From assembly GCA_964361585.1 (NCBI GenBank), contig CAYIBB010000002.1, forward strand, positions 1 to 51,672: a stretch of 51,672 nt of DNA. The letters run 5' to 3'. Numbering within the stretch: position 1 is the first letter of the stretch; every line of letters starts with the position of its first letter. Below the pieces are notes generated by a model. It made no database searches. It saw only the letters and a list, made by a program, of their open reading frames with translations, and was not told the DNA's origin. Source of the stretch: Candidatus Woesearchaeota archaeon. GTDB lineage: Archaea; Nanobdellota; Nanobdellia; Pacearchaeales; UBA12030. A program made the translations under genes and the position numbers. Positions 26,800 to 35,946 of the stretch are shown piece by piece.

Positions 26800-27960
26800 T
26801 CAGGCACCGAGACCAATAAGCCAATTAAAAAATCTTATTATATAAGGTGACAAGTTCAGGATAATAAAAAATAAGCTTATTAGTGTCACAGATTTGAAGA
26901 TGAAATTCTTTTTCTTTTCATCCTCCGTAATATAACCGAGAACAACATGGAACATTCTTCCACCATCTATGGGGCCTAAAGGTAGTAAATTGACTAGAGC
27001 AATTCCTAGACTTAGAACGAAGAGCCACAAGAAAAGTCTCTGAACCCATATAAGTATTGCAAAAGATGTCTTGGAGTTTTCTGACTTTGGCTTAGCCTCA
27101 ACTTCTATACTTATTCCAATATAACCCTTAGTCTTATTTTCAGGATTTTCCGCCGTTACGAGATTGAAATTACCTTTGTCGGTAATAATATTGAGTTTTT
27201 GATTAGGCTTTAGTGTTTCGAAAATTCGCGAGATATTCTCAGCTGGCATTCCACCAATTTCCTTAATGAGCATGCCTTTTCCAAGCCCTGCAAAATCTGC
27301 TGGCGTATTATTCACAACTTCCGTAATTCTTATATCAAATGTGGAAACTGAAAGTACCGCTGGCGTTAAAATGAAAAGTAAAACTATAAGGAATACTAAA
27401 CCTGTTACAATATTTGATGTACTACCAGCCGCGAGCACTGCCAATTGCTCAGGTTTTTTCTTTTTCGCAAGTTGTTTTTCATCAGGCTCTACGAATGCTG
27501 CAGGTATAGGTCCAAGGAAGGCGAAGCCGCTGCTCTTAACTTTTACTCCATAAAGTGAGGAAAGGAAAGCATGCGATAACTCATGAATTACAGCCACAAC
27601 AAAAATACCTATAATCCAATAAGTGAACAGCAAAGTGGGCAATCCTGGAATATGTACAAAGGGTAAAACAGGAGCCACTACTGGTTGTGCATTTGGCTTA
27701 GTCAAAAGATTGATACCGCCAGTAACTAGGACATAAGAGATTATGATCATTCCGACAAAACCTAAAATTATGCTAAGATAACCGAAATAGCGAAAAAATC
27801 TCGGAAATCTTCCAGCCGCTTTTTTCGAGAAATTTATGCCAAGCTTAGTTCTGTAAAGTGCCATTAATCCTTGAAATTGAATATTCTTGCGATTCCTCAC
27901 ATAAAGAACTAGTAAGAGCGCAATAAATACAAACATAAACACAAGATCATAATTTACCAT
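26800..27960 (-). CDS. Site-2 protease family (M50) intramembrane metalloprotease with PDZ domain
   Basis: HELSHAF zinc motif in a TM helix, central PDZ-like segment and NLLPLGPIDGG (LDG) motif. Start moved to Met23 (27960) because the longer ORF overlaps the rpl40e coding sequence. Confidence 0.85.
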   Translation of the reverse strand: MVNYDLVFMFVFIALLLVLYVRNRKNIQFQGLMALYRTKLGINFSKKAAGRFPRFFRYFGYLSIILGFVGMIIISYVLVTGGINLLTKPNAQPVVAPVLPFVHIPGLPTLLFTYWIIGIFVVAVIHELSHAFLSSLYGVKVKSSGFAFLGPIPAAFVEPDEKQLAKKKKPEQLAVLAAGSTSNIVTGLVFLIVLLFILTPAVLSVSTFDIRITEVVNNTPADFAGLGKGMLIKEIGGMPAENISRIFETLKPNQKLNIITDKGNFNLVTAENPENKTKGYIGISIEVEAKPKSENSKTSFAILIWVQRLFLWLFVLSLGIALVNLLPLGPIDGGRMFHVVLGYITEDEKKKNFIFKSVTLISLFFIILNLSPYIIRFFNWLIGLGA

Positions 27961-27985
27961 ATTTGTCTTTCTCTTCCTTACCTCT

Positions 27986-28150
27986 TTATTTTCTTCTACT
28001 AATAGGCCTGAAAGCTTTGCCTCCACATTTCCTGCATTTCACTTTGCCTTCTAAAATCTGCCTTGGTGCAGATCTTTTCTTTAGCGAGCAGCGCTTACAT
28101 ACAAACACATTCTGGAAAAGCCTTTGTTGCGCAACTGGAATCTTTGCCAT
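27986..28150 (-). CDS. rpl40e: 50S ribosomal protein eL40 (L40e)
   Basis: Not in the ORF track (54 aa). Hand translation: MAKIPVAQQRLFQNVFVCKRCSLKKRSAPRQILEGKVKCRKCGGKAFRPISRRK*, with the C4 zinc-ribbon pattern of archaeal L40e. Confidence 0.8.
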   Translation of the reverse strand: MAKIPVAQQRLFQNVFVCKRCSLKKRSAPRQILEGKVKCRKCGGKAFRPISRRK

Positions 28151-28237
28151 CTTAATTATTTCTTATTTTTCTTTCTAATACTCATATTATATTTAGTATC
28201 TCTTAATCCTTCCTCTTAATTTAAATATTTACTGAGA

Positions 28238-28353
28238 TAGCCCCGCCAGGATTTGAACCTGGGTTCCAGGCTCCAAAGGCCTGTGTGCTTAGTCTGCCTT
28301 TTTTCCAATTAAATCTTAGGAAAAAGATTAATTGACCGCTACACCACGGGGCT
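28238..28353 (-). tRNA. tRNA-Gln (anticodon UUG) with a ~43-nt D-loop intron
   Basis: Acceptor AGCCCCG/CGGGGCT (A1:U72, typical archaeal Gln) plus A73, anticodon arm CAGGC-CTTTGGA-GCCTG, T-arm CCAGG-TTCAAAT-CCTGG. D-stem GTGT...GCAC encloses 52 nt, including the helix TTTTTCC/GGAAAAA. Confidence 0.85.
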
Positions 28354-28395
28354 TTATAAAACTTCGCAGAATTAATTTATAACTCTTTCTTTTGA

Positions 28396-29697
28396 TTAGT
28401 TAATGAGCCGCGTTAGTTCTTTATTTCCGATATCCTTTCTATAATGAAATCCGCCTGAGACTTTTATTTTCGAAGCTGCTTCATAAGCTAATTTTTGTGC
28501 TGTGTTAATTCCCTCTTTCGAGTATGCTGTTACTTCAAGTACCCTCCCACCATCAGTTACTATTGATCTCCCTTCAATTTTTGTTCCGGCGTGAAATACT
28601 TTTACATTTTCAATTTTTTCAGCTTCTTTTATTCCCTCTATTTGCAAACCTCTTTTGTACTCGTACTCATTTGGGTATCCCCTCGAAGCTAAAACAACAC
28701 AACATGCTGCACCTTGATTGTATTCTAATTTAACCTGTTCTAACTTCCTTTCTAAAGCAAGATAAATTACCTCACAGAGATCACCTTTTATTAAGGGCGC
28801 TGTAGGTGGCCATTCAGGGTCTCCCAATCTGCAATTAAATTCAAGAACTTTAGGACCTTCCCGTGTCATTATCATACCAGCATAGAGAAATCCTATAAAC
28901 TCAGCTCCCGTCTCCTTCATCCTTTGAACTGTTGGTGTCATTACCTTTTCAGTAACTTCCCTTATTCTCCAATTCGGCATTATTGAAGTTGGACCATATG
29001 CCCCCATACCTCCCGTGTTTGGACCTTTATCTCCATCGAGTAACCTTTTATGATCTTGTAATGAAATCTCAAGTGGAAGAACTTTATCGCCATCAGATAT
29101 TCCAAAAATTGAAAATTCTTCTCCAAACAATCTTTCCGAAATTAATACCTCTCGCCCATATTTCTCTACGTGAGAAGTAATTTCCTCTAAAGCCTGTTTT
29201 TTTGAATCACACACTAAAACTCCTTTTCCTCTTGTAAGTCCTCTAGATTTAATCACAATTCCATCAGAAGTTGCTCTCTCCTTTATCGCCATAACTGCTT
29301 CTTCTATTGTATAACATTTTATAGAATCAGCCTGCAGAATATTTAATGCATTCATTAAATCATATGAAAAGAACTTATCCGATTCCAATTTAGCTGCTGC
29401 TTTTTTTGGACTGAAAATTCTATCTAATCCTTGTGAATTGAAATAATCAACTATTCCATCGACTAAAGGGGCTTCTGGACCAACAACACACAAATCGATC
29501 TTTTCTGATCTAATTAACTCTACTAAATCTTGGAAATTTTCTCTTCGTATGTCAATATGGATATTTCTTCCTTTCCCCTCTTCAGTTCCTCCGTTTCCTG
29601 GAGCATACAAAACATTAGACACTTCTTTGCTTTGGCCTAATTTCCAACCCAAAGCATGCTCCCTTCCACCAGATCCTACGATAAGTACCTTTGCCAT
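28396..29697 (-). CDS. purD: Phosphoribosylamine--glycine ligase
   Basis: N-terminus MAKVLIVGSGGREHALGWKL plus ATP-grasp core; 433 aa. Confidence 0.9.
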   Translation of the reverse strand: MAKVLIVGSGGREHALGWKLGQSKEVSNVLYAPGNGGTEEGKGRNIHIDIRRENFQDLVELIRSEKIDLCVVGPEAPLVDGIVDYFNSQGLDRIFSPKKAAAKLESDKFFSYDLMNALNILQADSIKCYTIEEAVMAIKERATSDGIVIKSRGLTRGKGVLVCDSKKQALEEITSHVEKYGREVLISERLFGEEFSIFGISDGDKVLPLEISLQDHKRLLDGDKGPNTGGMGAYGPTSIMPNWRIREVTEKVMTPTVQRMKETGAEFIGFLYAGMIMTREGPKVLEFNCRLGDPEWPPTAPLIKGDLCEVIYLALERKLEQVKLEYNQGAACCVVLASRGYPNEYEYKRGLQIEGIKEAEKIENVKVFHAGTKIEGRSIVTDGGRVLEVTAYSKEGINTAQKLAYEAASKIKVSGGFHYRKDIGNKELTRLIN

Positions 29698-29708
29698 TTA
29701 CCTTAGAT

Positions 29709-30326
29709 TCATTTTTTCTTTCCCTTGTATCTCCCTCTAGATTCAACTTTCTCTAGTCTGTTAACAATATCCTTACCATTAATTTTAACATACTCCTTTA
29801 TTACATGATTAAAAACTCCTTCCGCTACTTTGTAATGTTTGCTATTGAGAGCCTCTTTCAACAAGTGAAGATCGACTGCCTTATCCTCAATCTTCGAAGA
29901 AATAAACGCTAGTCCGAAGTCAATGAAATACACATTCTTATCTTTTAGAATCATATTTGAGGTAGTTAAATCACCATGAATCACATTGTGCTTGTGTAAT
30001 ATCGCAATACTCTTCCCAATCTCCTGTGCCTTGGTTTTTCTTCCGTCCTCGTTTAGCTTCTCAAGAGTTTCGCTAAGTAAATCTCCATCAATAAATTCCA
30101 TAACTATCTCGTAGTCACCTAATTTCACGAGACGGGGAATATTGATTAATTGAAAGACTTTTCCCATAATCTTATACTCACTTTTAGTTCTCTGTTTCCT
30201 TAATATAACATCCAAATCTTTGTACCTGTAACTTTTTTGAAGTCTTCTCTTAATTAATAAATTTTCATCCCGAAAAAGAACAGCTTCAGCACCTCTTGCA
30301 ATCTCTTTCACCATTTCAAAAACCAA
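29709..30326 (-). CDS. bud32: KEOPS complex kinase/ATPase Bud32
   Basis: Small RIO-like kinase: RGAEAVLF, LIKRR..KSYR, catalytic HGDLTTSNMIL, FIDFGLA, EDKAVDLHLL; 205 aa. Confidence 0.85.
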   Translation of the reverse strand: MVFEMVKEIARGAEAVLFRDENLLIKRRLQKSYRYKDLDVILRKQRTKSEYKIMGKVFQLINIPRLVKLGDYEIVMEFIDGDLLSETLEKLNEDGRKTKAQEIGKSIAILHKHNVIHGDLTTSNMILKDKNVYFIDFGLAFISSKIEDKAVDLHLLKEALNSKHYKVAEGVFNHVIKEYVKINGKDIVNRLEKVESRGRYKGKKK

Positions 30327-30594
30327 GCAAAATTTTTGTATATAACATATAAACGAAAGATATTTAAATAAATTTGCAATTTAATTTATAACAAAATAAT
30401 ACATTTCTAACTGAAATGGCAAAGAAAAGAAGGAAGAAATAAAAGAGAGGTAACTAATCTTCTTTGAAGGTTAGATATAAAAGGTATACCTTATACCAAA
30501 TTTTCTTTTTATTTTTTTAATTAGTAATGGGTTAATACTAAATTCTATCTAGTTAGGTTTTTTGGTTAATACTCAAAAAAGTTTAAGCCAAGGA

Positions 30595-31932
30595 CTAGAT
30601 CGCAATTCTGAACTTCTTAGCCATCTTTTCCAGTTCTCTCTTGCCAAGCTTTTTGCCCTTTGTAATGCCAAAGAATTTCTTAACTAGCCTGTATTGCTTA
30701 ATCATCTCTCTAATCTCGGAGATAGGCACGAAACTGCCTCTAGAAATGCGGGACATTCTACTAGAATCCAGAATCTCTGGATTCTCCAGCTCTTTCTTGG
30801 TCATGCTTTCAAGTGCATATTTCCACTTTTCCAGCTTTTCTTCCTGTACTTGTAAAAGATTTTCTGGAATTCTGATTTGTGAAAATCCCGGGATCATTTC
30901 TGTGAGCTTGCTAAGAGGCCCCATCTTACGCATGGCTTTAAGTTGCTCATACAAGTCTGTAAGTGTAAATTTCCCCTCCTCAAGCCTTTTCTCTATACTT
31001 TCGACTTCCTCTTTATCCAGAGAAAGCTTAGTTTTTTCTAGAAGTGTCTGTAAATCACCCATTCCAAGTAATCGTGAAATGAATGAAGTAGGGTCGAATG
31101 TTTCTATATCTTGGAGCTTTTCTCCAGTTCCAATAAATAGGACAGGAGCTTTTGTAACTGCGGCTGCTGCAAGAGCGCCTCCACCTTTCGCAGTTCCATC
31201 CATTTTTGTTATAAAAATTCCTGTAATGCTACAATTTTTGTGAAACTCTTCCACAAGTCTGCGAGCAGCCTGTCCAATTTCTGCTTGCAAGCTAAGAATT
31301 ATTTCATCAGGCTTAATTTCTTGCCTCAAGTCTTTTATTTCCTTCACAAGTTCTGCATCTAGTGTATGTCTTCCTGCTGTATCCACAATAACTATGTCAA
31401 ACTTGCTTGCTTTCTCTTTATACCTACTCCATATTCTGCTAGGGTTTTTTTCTTCTCTATCTGTGAAAGCAGTAATCTTGGCTTTTTCAGCAAGTTGCTC
31501 AAGCTGTTGCATTGCGGCCGCTCTATGCGTGTCTAAGCCAATAACACAAACCTTGTAGCCTCTTTTAGAAAAATAGAGCGCGGCCTTCGAGATGCTTGTT
31601 GTCTTGCCAGAGCCATAAAGTCCTATAAACATAATTTTGTATGGCTTCCTTGAGATCTTAATTTCCCCTTTTTCGCCTAGTAAATTTGAAAGTTCTTCAT
31701 GGACAATGGTAATTACCTGTTCTCTTTTGCTAATTCCTGGCTTAGGATCTTGTCTCGCTCTTTCTCTAATTTTCTCGCTCAGTTCATACACAAGCTCGAG
31801 GTCAACATCCGCTTCAATCAATGCACGCTGTAAATCCTTGACTAGCTCATCAATTACTTTAGTATCAACAAAGATGCTGGAAGCTACCTTTTTGAGTGCA
31901 TTTTTTATAGAGCTTCCAAATTTGTCTAGCAT
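30595..31932 (-). CDS. srp54: Signal recognition particle protein SRP54
   Basis: NG domain with GLYGSGKTTS, DTAGR and TKMDG motifs, and an M-domain-like C-terminus (though not conspicuously Met-rich). Confidence 0.95.
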   Translation of the reverse strand: MLDKFGSSIKNALKKVASSIFVDTKVIDELVKDLQRALIEADVDLELVYELSEKIRERARQDPKPGISKREQVITIVHEELSNLLGEKGEIKISRKPYKIMFIGLYGSGKTTSISKAALYFSKRGYKVCVIGLDTHRAAAMQQLEQLAEKAKITAFTDREEKNPSRIWSRYKEKASKFDIVIVDTAGRHTLDAELVKEIKDLRQEIKPDEIILSLQAEIGQAARRLVEEFHKNCSITGIFITKMDGTAKGGGALAAAAVTKAPVLFIGTGEKLQDIETFDPTSFISRLLGMGDLQTLLEKTKLSLDKEEVESIEKRLEEGKFTLTDLYEQLKAMRKMGPLSKLTEMIPGFSQIRIPENLLQVQEEKLEKWKYALESMTKKELENPEILDSSRMSRISRGSFVPISEIREMIKQYRLVKKFFGITKGKKLGKRELEKMAKKFRIAI

Positions 31933-31962
31933 ATTTTCTGAAAGAATTAGAAGTTTTTAAAT

Positions 31963-32688
31963 TTAAGGAAGGTATTTCAGGATTTCTCTGAAGTCTTCTT
32001 CCCCCTTGGGTTGATTTATCACATACGTGCATACTTTCTGCAATTCTAGATCAGCATTAAAGGCAATACTTAATCCTACTGCTTTGGCAAGATGAATATC
32101 ATTCTTTCCATCTCCAACGAATGCGCATTGCTCTTTCTTTAGCCCATGCTCTTTCATAATAAGCTGCATGAAATCTAGTTTACCTTCATAATCACAAGGA
32201 AGAAGATTCCAATGCAGAAGCTTGCCGTTTTTATCCCAGAAGTACTCACAGGCAGCAAAAGCATGATCGATTCTCAAGTCTACTTGTGCTCTATCAGCCT
32301 GTGCTTTGAAGCCACCTGAAATTAAAGCAGTTCTATAACTTCTTTTCTTGAGCTCTTGAAATGTTTCTTTAGTCCCTCCATGATACATTATAGAATTCAT
32401 AACCCTTTCAAAGAAATCTCTTGTAAGTCCATATTTTTGATGAACTCTTATAGTATCCTCCATCCATTCTACATATCCTGCGTATTCCCCAGAATTCCAT
32501 TTTCTCTTAGTTTCGCTTTCCTCCCTCGCAGCTTCTGGCCCAAGATGTTCAGCTAATAATGTCCATGCACTTGGAGCTGTACGTCCGTGAGTAGCCTTAA
32601 CTGTTTTCTTAAATATAGTCCCTTCCATGTCGAAGAATGCGAGCCTTAATTTATTCTCTAACATTTTTCTCTTAGCCATTACTCTCAC
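31963..32688 (-). CDS. HAD-IB family hydrolase (phosphoserine phosphatase-like)
   Basis: Motif I FFDMEGTIF (DxExT variant) and motif IV GDGKNDIHLAKAVGLSIAFNA. A 4-nt overlap with the ftsY stop suggests co-transcription. Confidence 0.6.
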   Translation of the reverse strand: MRVMAKRKMLENKLRLAFFDMEGTIFKKTVKATHGRTAPSAWTLLAEHLGPEAAREESETKRKWNSGEYAGYVEWMEDTIRVHQKYGLTRDFFERVMNSIMYHGGTKETFQELKKRSYRTALISGGFKAQADRAQVDLRIDHAFAACEYFWDKNGKLLHWNLLPCDYEGKLDFMQLIMKEHGLKKEQCAFVGDGKNDIHLAKAVGLSIAFNADLELQKVCTYVINQPKGEEDFREILKYLP

Positions 32689-33788
32689 AACCCAAGCCCC
32701 TTTAAAATTTTTCTCTTATCAAAGTACTCAAGATCATGATACTTTTGTCCTACTCCTAAAAAGAGTATAGGCCTCTTCGTGACATGGCTAACACTCAGTG
32801 CAGCTCCTCCCCTCTCATCTATGTCCGCCTTTGTCAGGACTATTGCATCTGTTCCTACCTTTTCATTAAATAATCTTGCCTGCTCAACAGCATCATTTCC
32901 TGTAATACTCTCAGCAACAAAAATTCTTAAGTCGGGCTTTGTGACACGGCAGATTTTTTCCATTTCCTTCATAAGGTCTGTGTTGGAATGCATTCTTCCT
33001 GCTGTGTCTACTAGAACAGCCTTTATTCCTTTAGCTTTGGCATGCTTAATAGCATCGAAGGCGACAGCCGCTGAGTCTGATCCATAGTTGTGCTTTATTA
33101 CTGGAATTTTCAATTTCTCGGCATGATGCTGTAATTGTTCTATACTTGCGGCTCTAAAAGTATCAGAGGCTGCTAAAACAGAGGAAACTTCATTATCTTT
33201 CAACATACTTGCTATCTTTGCTATTGTAGTTGTCTTCCCACTTCCATTAATACCAAAGAAAACAATGATATAAGGCTCTTTTTTCTTCTTTATTTCTGCA
33301 ACTAAGTCAAAGGGCTCCATAAGCACATCAGCTATTGAGTTCTTTAAGGCTTCCCTAACTTCTTCATTAATTCCCTTTCTCTTAAGAGGTTTTCCAACAA
33401 GTTCTTTTTTCAAGTCTTCTCGAACTTTTTCGATAACACTAAGAGCAACGTTGTTCTCGAGCATCACTTGTTCAAGTTCCCAGAAAATCTGTTCGAATTG
33501 GCCTTCACTTATTTCAACTTTCGTAAATCTTTCCTTCAATCTTTCAAAAAGACCCTTTTTCTTTACCTCAATCCTTTCTTCTAACTCCTCCAGCTTTTCC
33601 TTCTTTCCCTCTTTTACTTCTGGAATTCCTTCCTCTCTTAAAGTTTCTCTTATCTCTTCAGAAATACTCTCTTCCTTTTCGAGCTTGCTTTCAACTTCTG
33701 CCTCTATTTCCTGTTCCTTTATTTCAGTAATCTTCTTTCCTATTGAAGATATTGCACTTTTTAGCTTTTCTTTAAGAAATTTAAACAT
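32685..33788 (-). CDS. ftsY: SRP receptor FtsY
   Basis: Acidic Glu/Lys-rich N-terminal region followed by an NG domain with GINGSGKTTTIAK, DTAGR and TKAD motifs. Confidence 0.95.
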   Translation of the reverse strand: MFKFLKEKLKSAISSIGKKITEIKEQEIEAEVESKLEKEESISEEIRETLREEGIPEVKEGKKEKLEELEERIEVKKKGLFERLKERFTKVEISEGQFEQIFWELEQVMLENNVALSVIEKVREDLKKELVGKPLKRKGINEEVREALKNSIADVLMEPFDLVAEIKKKKEPYIIVFFGINGSGKTTTIAKIASMLKDNEVSSVLAASDTFRAASIEQLQHHAEKLKIPVIKHNYGSDSAAVAFDAIKHAKAKGIKAVLVDTAGRMHSNTDLMKEMEKICRVTKPDLRIFVAESITGNDAVEQARLFNEKVGTDAIVLTKADIDERGGAALSVSHVTKRPILFLGVGQKYHDLEYFDKRKILKGLGL

Positions 33789-33887
33789 TTTTCTCTAGAC
33801 ACAGAATCTTGGATTTATATTTAAATTTTTATAAGAAGAAGTTTAGGAAACTATATAAATTTCTATCCCACACTATTTAGGGGTAAA

Positions 33888-34457
33888 ATGGTTAATTATC
33901 CGGAGATTTATGAACTTCTTCGTAGAGAGAAGTATTCTGAAAAGTTGCAGTTCCTTGAGAAAAACTTCCTTACCGAAGTTATTTCATATTTAATAGATAA
34001 GCAAACGTTACTTGAACGTGAGAGGGAAGAAAGGCCAGGAATTTTTAATGAGACTATTGAAAAGACCAAAAAACAGCTTGATAATGCTCGTTCAATGATA
34101 AGAGAACTTTTTATGCTCCGAGAAAGAAAAGTAGTGGAACTTGCACTACTGGCTTCAAAAACAGGAGTCAGTAAGAATGATCTAGTTAATATGTTGAATA
34201 ATGAGAAGGAATTATTTAACTCTATTTTGAGTAAGCTCGAGGAGAATCAAAGAAGCCTTTCCCTCGCTCTGGATAATATTAAGGCGCAACTTAAAGACGA
34301 CAATTTATTAGTACGGTTTAATGAGCCAATTCCTAAATTCGTGGATCTTAATGGTAATGAATTAGGGCCTTTCAATGAAAAGGACGTTGCAAATTTACCT
34401 AAGAAAATAGCAGAAACTTTACTTAAGGGCAAAAAAGTTGAATTAGTTAAAATTTAA
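33888..34457 (+). CDS. GINS complex subunit (Gins51/Gins15-like)
   Basis: N-terminal A-domain pattern YPEIYELLRREKYSEKLQFLEKNFLTEVISYL and C-terminal B-domain pattern GNELGPFNEKDVANLPKKIAETLLKGKKVEL. Confidence 0.6.
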   Translation: MVNYPEIYELLRREKYSEKLQFLEKNFLTEVISYLIDKQTLLEREREERPGIFNETIEKTKKQLDNARSMIRELFMLRERKVVELALLASKTGVSKNDLVNMLNNEKELFNSILSKLEENQRSLSLALDNIKAQLKDDNLLVRFNEPIPKFVDLNGNELGPFNEKDVANLPKKIAETLLKGKKVELVKI

Positions 34458-34507
34458 AAATCTTCTCTACTTAAGATTTTTCTATAATTTCCGACAATAT
34501 ATTAAAA

Positions 34508-34819
34508 ATGAAAATAAAATCAACTGTGAGGAAGTATTGTCCCTTCTGTAATAAGCATACCGAACACAAGGTATCACAGGTAAAAAGTGGAGGGAAGAGA
34601 GGAAGTTTGCGAAAAGGTTCTCTCATAAGAGCAAAGAAACGCGGATTAGGAAGGGGCTTCGGAAATTTAGGTAAGTATGGAAGCAAGCCAGCCGTGAGCT
34701 CTTTCAAGAGGACTACAAAGTCAAGTAAGAAAATTGCACTACAATTAACATGTCAAACATGTAAGAAAAGTCACATAGCTAACATTCCCCATCGTGTTAA
34801 AAGAATTGAGATAAAATAA
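34508..34819 (+). CDS. rpl44e: 50S ribosomal protein eL42 (L44e)
   Basis: YCPFCNKHTEHKVSQVKSGGKRGSL...LTCQTCKK zinc-ribbon pattern. First gene of the conserved L44e-S27e-aIF2alpha-Nop10 cluster. Confidence 0.9.
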   Translation: MKIKSTVRKYCPFCNKHTEHKVSQVKSGGKRGSLRKGSLIRAKKRGLGRGFGNLGKYGSKPAVSSFKRTTKSSKKIALQLTCQTCKKSHIANIPHRVKRIEIK

Positions 34820-34856
34820 AACTTTTCTCTCGGGAGATTTCATAAAATAATTAAAA

Positions 34857-35039
34857 ATGATAGAAAAAAGAAAAACAAAAAGCAAATTCTTGCGTGTAAG
34901 ATGCAAATGCAATAATGAACAAATTATCTTTGGCAAGGCCTCTTCCATAACTAAATGCTTGATCTGCGGTAAAGTACTTTCGGAGCCAGGAGGAGGAAAA
35001 ATAAATATCAAAGCAAAAATTCTTGAGGTGTTAGGGTAA
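34857..35039 (+). CDS. rps27e: 30S ribosomal protein eS27 (S27e)
   Basis: [38 protein letters not shown]: C4 zinc ribbon of S27e. Confidence 0.9.
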   Translation: MIEKRKTKSKFLRVRCKCNNEQIIFGKASSITKCLICGKVLSEPGGGKINIKAKILEVLG

Positions 35040-35040
35040 A

Positions 35041-35781
35041 ATGAATAAAGAATTCCCAGAAGAAGATGAAATAGTCCTTTGTACTGTAGAGCAAATATTG
35101 CGTGATTCTATTTTTGTCAACCTTGAGGGATATAATCTTCGAGGAGTAATTCCAATTAGTGAAATAGCTCCCGGTAGGATTAGAAATATTCGCGACTTTG
35201 TAAAAGAAAAGAAGAGAATTGTCTGTAAGATACTTAAAATTGAAAGCGATAAGAGGCACATTACACTTTCTCTTAGAAGAGTTACTGTTAGAGCGAGAAA
35301 GGAAAAATTAGATGCATTTGAGAAAGAAAAAAACGCAGAAACTATCATAAAGATTTTTTCTGAGAAATCAGCTGTTGAAATAAGTGATAATACTCTTGAA
35401 GCATTAAGAGCTAAGTATGGATCCTTGTTTAATTATCTACAGAAGTTACAGGAAGATGAATCTAAAATTGAGGAATTGAATGTAAGTAAAAGTAAATCAA
35501 AGGCTCTATTGACTTTAATTAAAGAACGTGTAAAGGAGAAGAGATTCACTGTAAGAATTGAACTCGAGCTTAAAAGCAATTTGCCGGATGCAATAGATAA
35601 AATAAAAGAAGTGCTTAAAACTGACGGCATAATAGTGAAGTATATCAGTGCCCCTTTTTATATGTTAGAACTGGAAGGAGCCGATTATAAGGAAGTTAAT
35701 GCTACATTACAGTCAGCGGCTGAAAAGATAGTTAAGAAATTTAGCAAGTACGGAGAAGCTAAAATAATTGAAAAGAAGTAA
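35041..35781 (+). CDS. eif2a: Translation initiation factor 2 subunit alpha (aIF2alpha)
   Basis: N-terminal S1 domain (FPEEDEIVLCTVEQI...GVIPISEIAPGRIRNIRDFVKEKKRIVCKILKI) and conserved operon position. Confidence 0.9.
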   Translation: MNKEFPEEDEIVLCTVEQILRDSIFVNLEGYNLRGVIPISEIAPGRIRNIRDFVKEKKRIVCKILKIESDKRHITLSLRRVTVRARKEKLDAFEKEKNAETIIKIFSEKSAVEISDNTLEALRAKYGSLFNYLQKLQEDESKIEELNVSKSKSKALLTLIKERVKEKRFTVRIELELKSNLPDAIDKIKEVLKTDGIIVKYISAPFYMLELEGADYKEVNATLQSAAEKIVKKFSKYGEAKIIEKK

Positions 35782-35794
35782 AAAGTTCTAGAAG

Positions 35795-35917
35795 ATGTTG
35801 TATAAATGCCAAAAATGCACAAATTATACTTTAAAGAGTCAATGTAAGAAGTGCAAAATAAAAACTTTAAGGCCTATTTACAAATTCAAATTTTTCTTCT
35901 TGAAGGAAAAAATTTAA
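35795..35917 (+). CDS. nop10: H/ACA RNP protein Nop10 (short form)
   Basis: Not in the ORF track (40 aa). Hand translation: MLYKCQKCTNYTLKSQCKKCKIKTLRPIYKFKFFLLKEKI*, with a CxxC...CxxC ribbon plus YTLK motif. Conserved position after aIF2alpha; the C-terminus is shorter and more diverged than usual. Confidence 0.6.
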   Translation: MLYKCQKCTNYTLKSQCKKCKIKTLRPIYKFKFFFLKEKI

Positions 35918-35946
35918 ATATATCAAAGAATAATAATTGTTTGAAG

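Noticed and set aside
27961-28026. Longer start for the site-2 protease ORF.
   Set aside because: It would overlap the C-terminal coding region of eL40 (27986-28150) in another frame. The internal Met at 27960 precedes the first TM helix.
30416-30442. Micro-ORF MAKKRRKK considered as ribosomal protein eL41.
   Set aside because: At 8 aa it is far shorter than eL41 (~25 aa) and lacks that protein's Arg/Met pattern. It is retained only as part of a candidate small-transcript finding.
35851-35946. Longer start for the PAC2-like ORF.
   Set aside because: It overlaps the Nop10 coding sequence. Its translation (MQNKNFKAYLQIQIFLLEGKNLNI...) is the out-of-frame reading of nop10 plus spacer, and homology starts after Met33.
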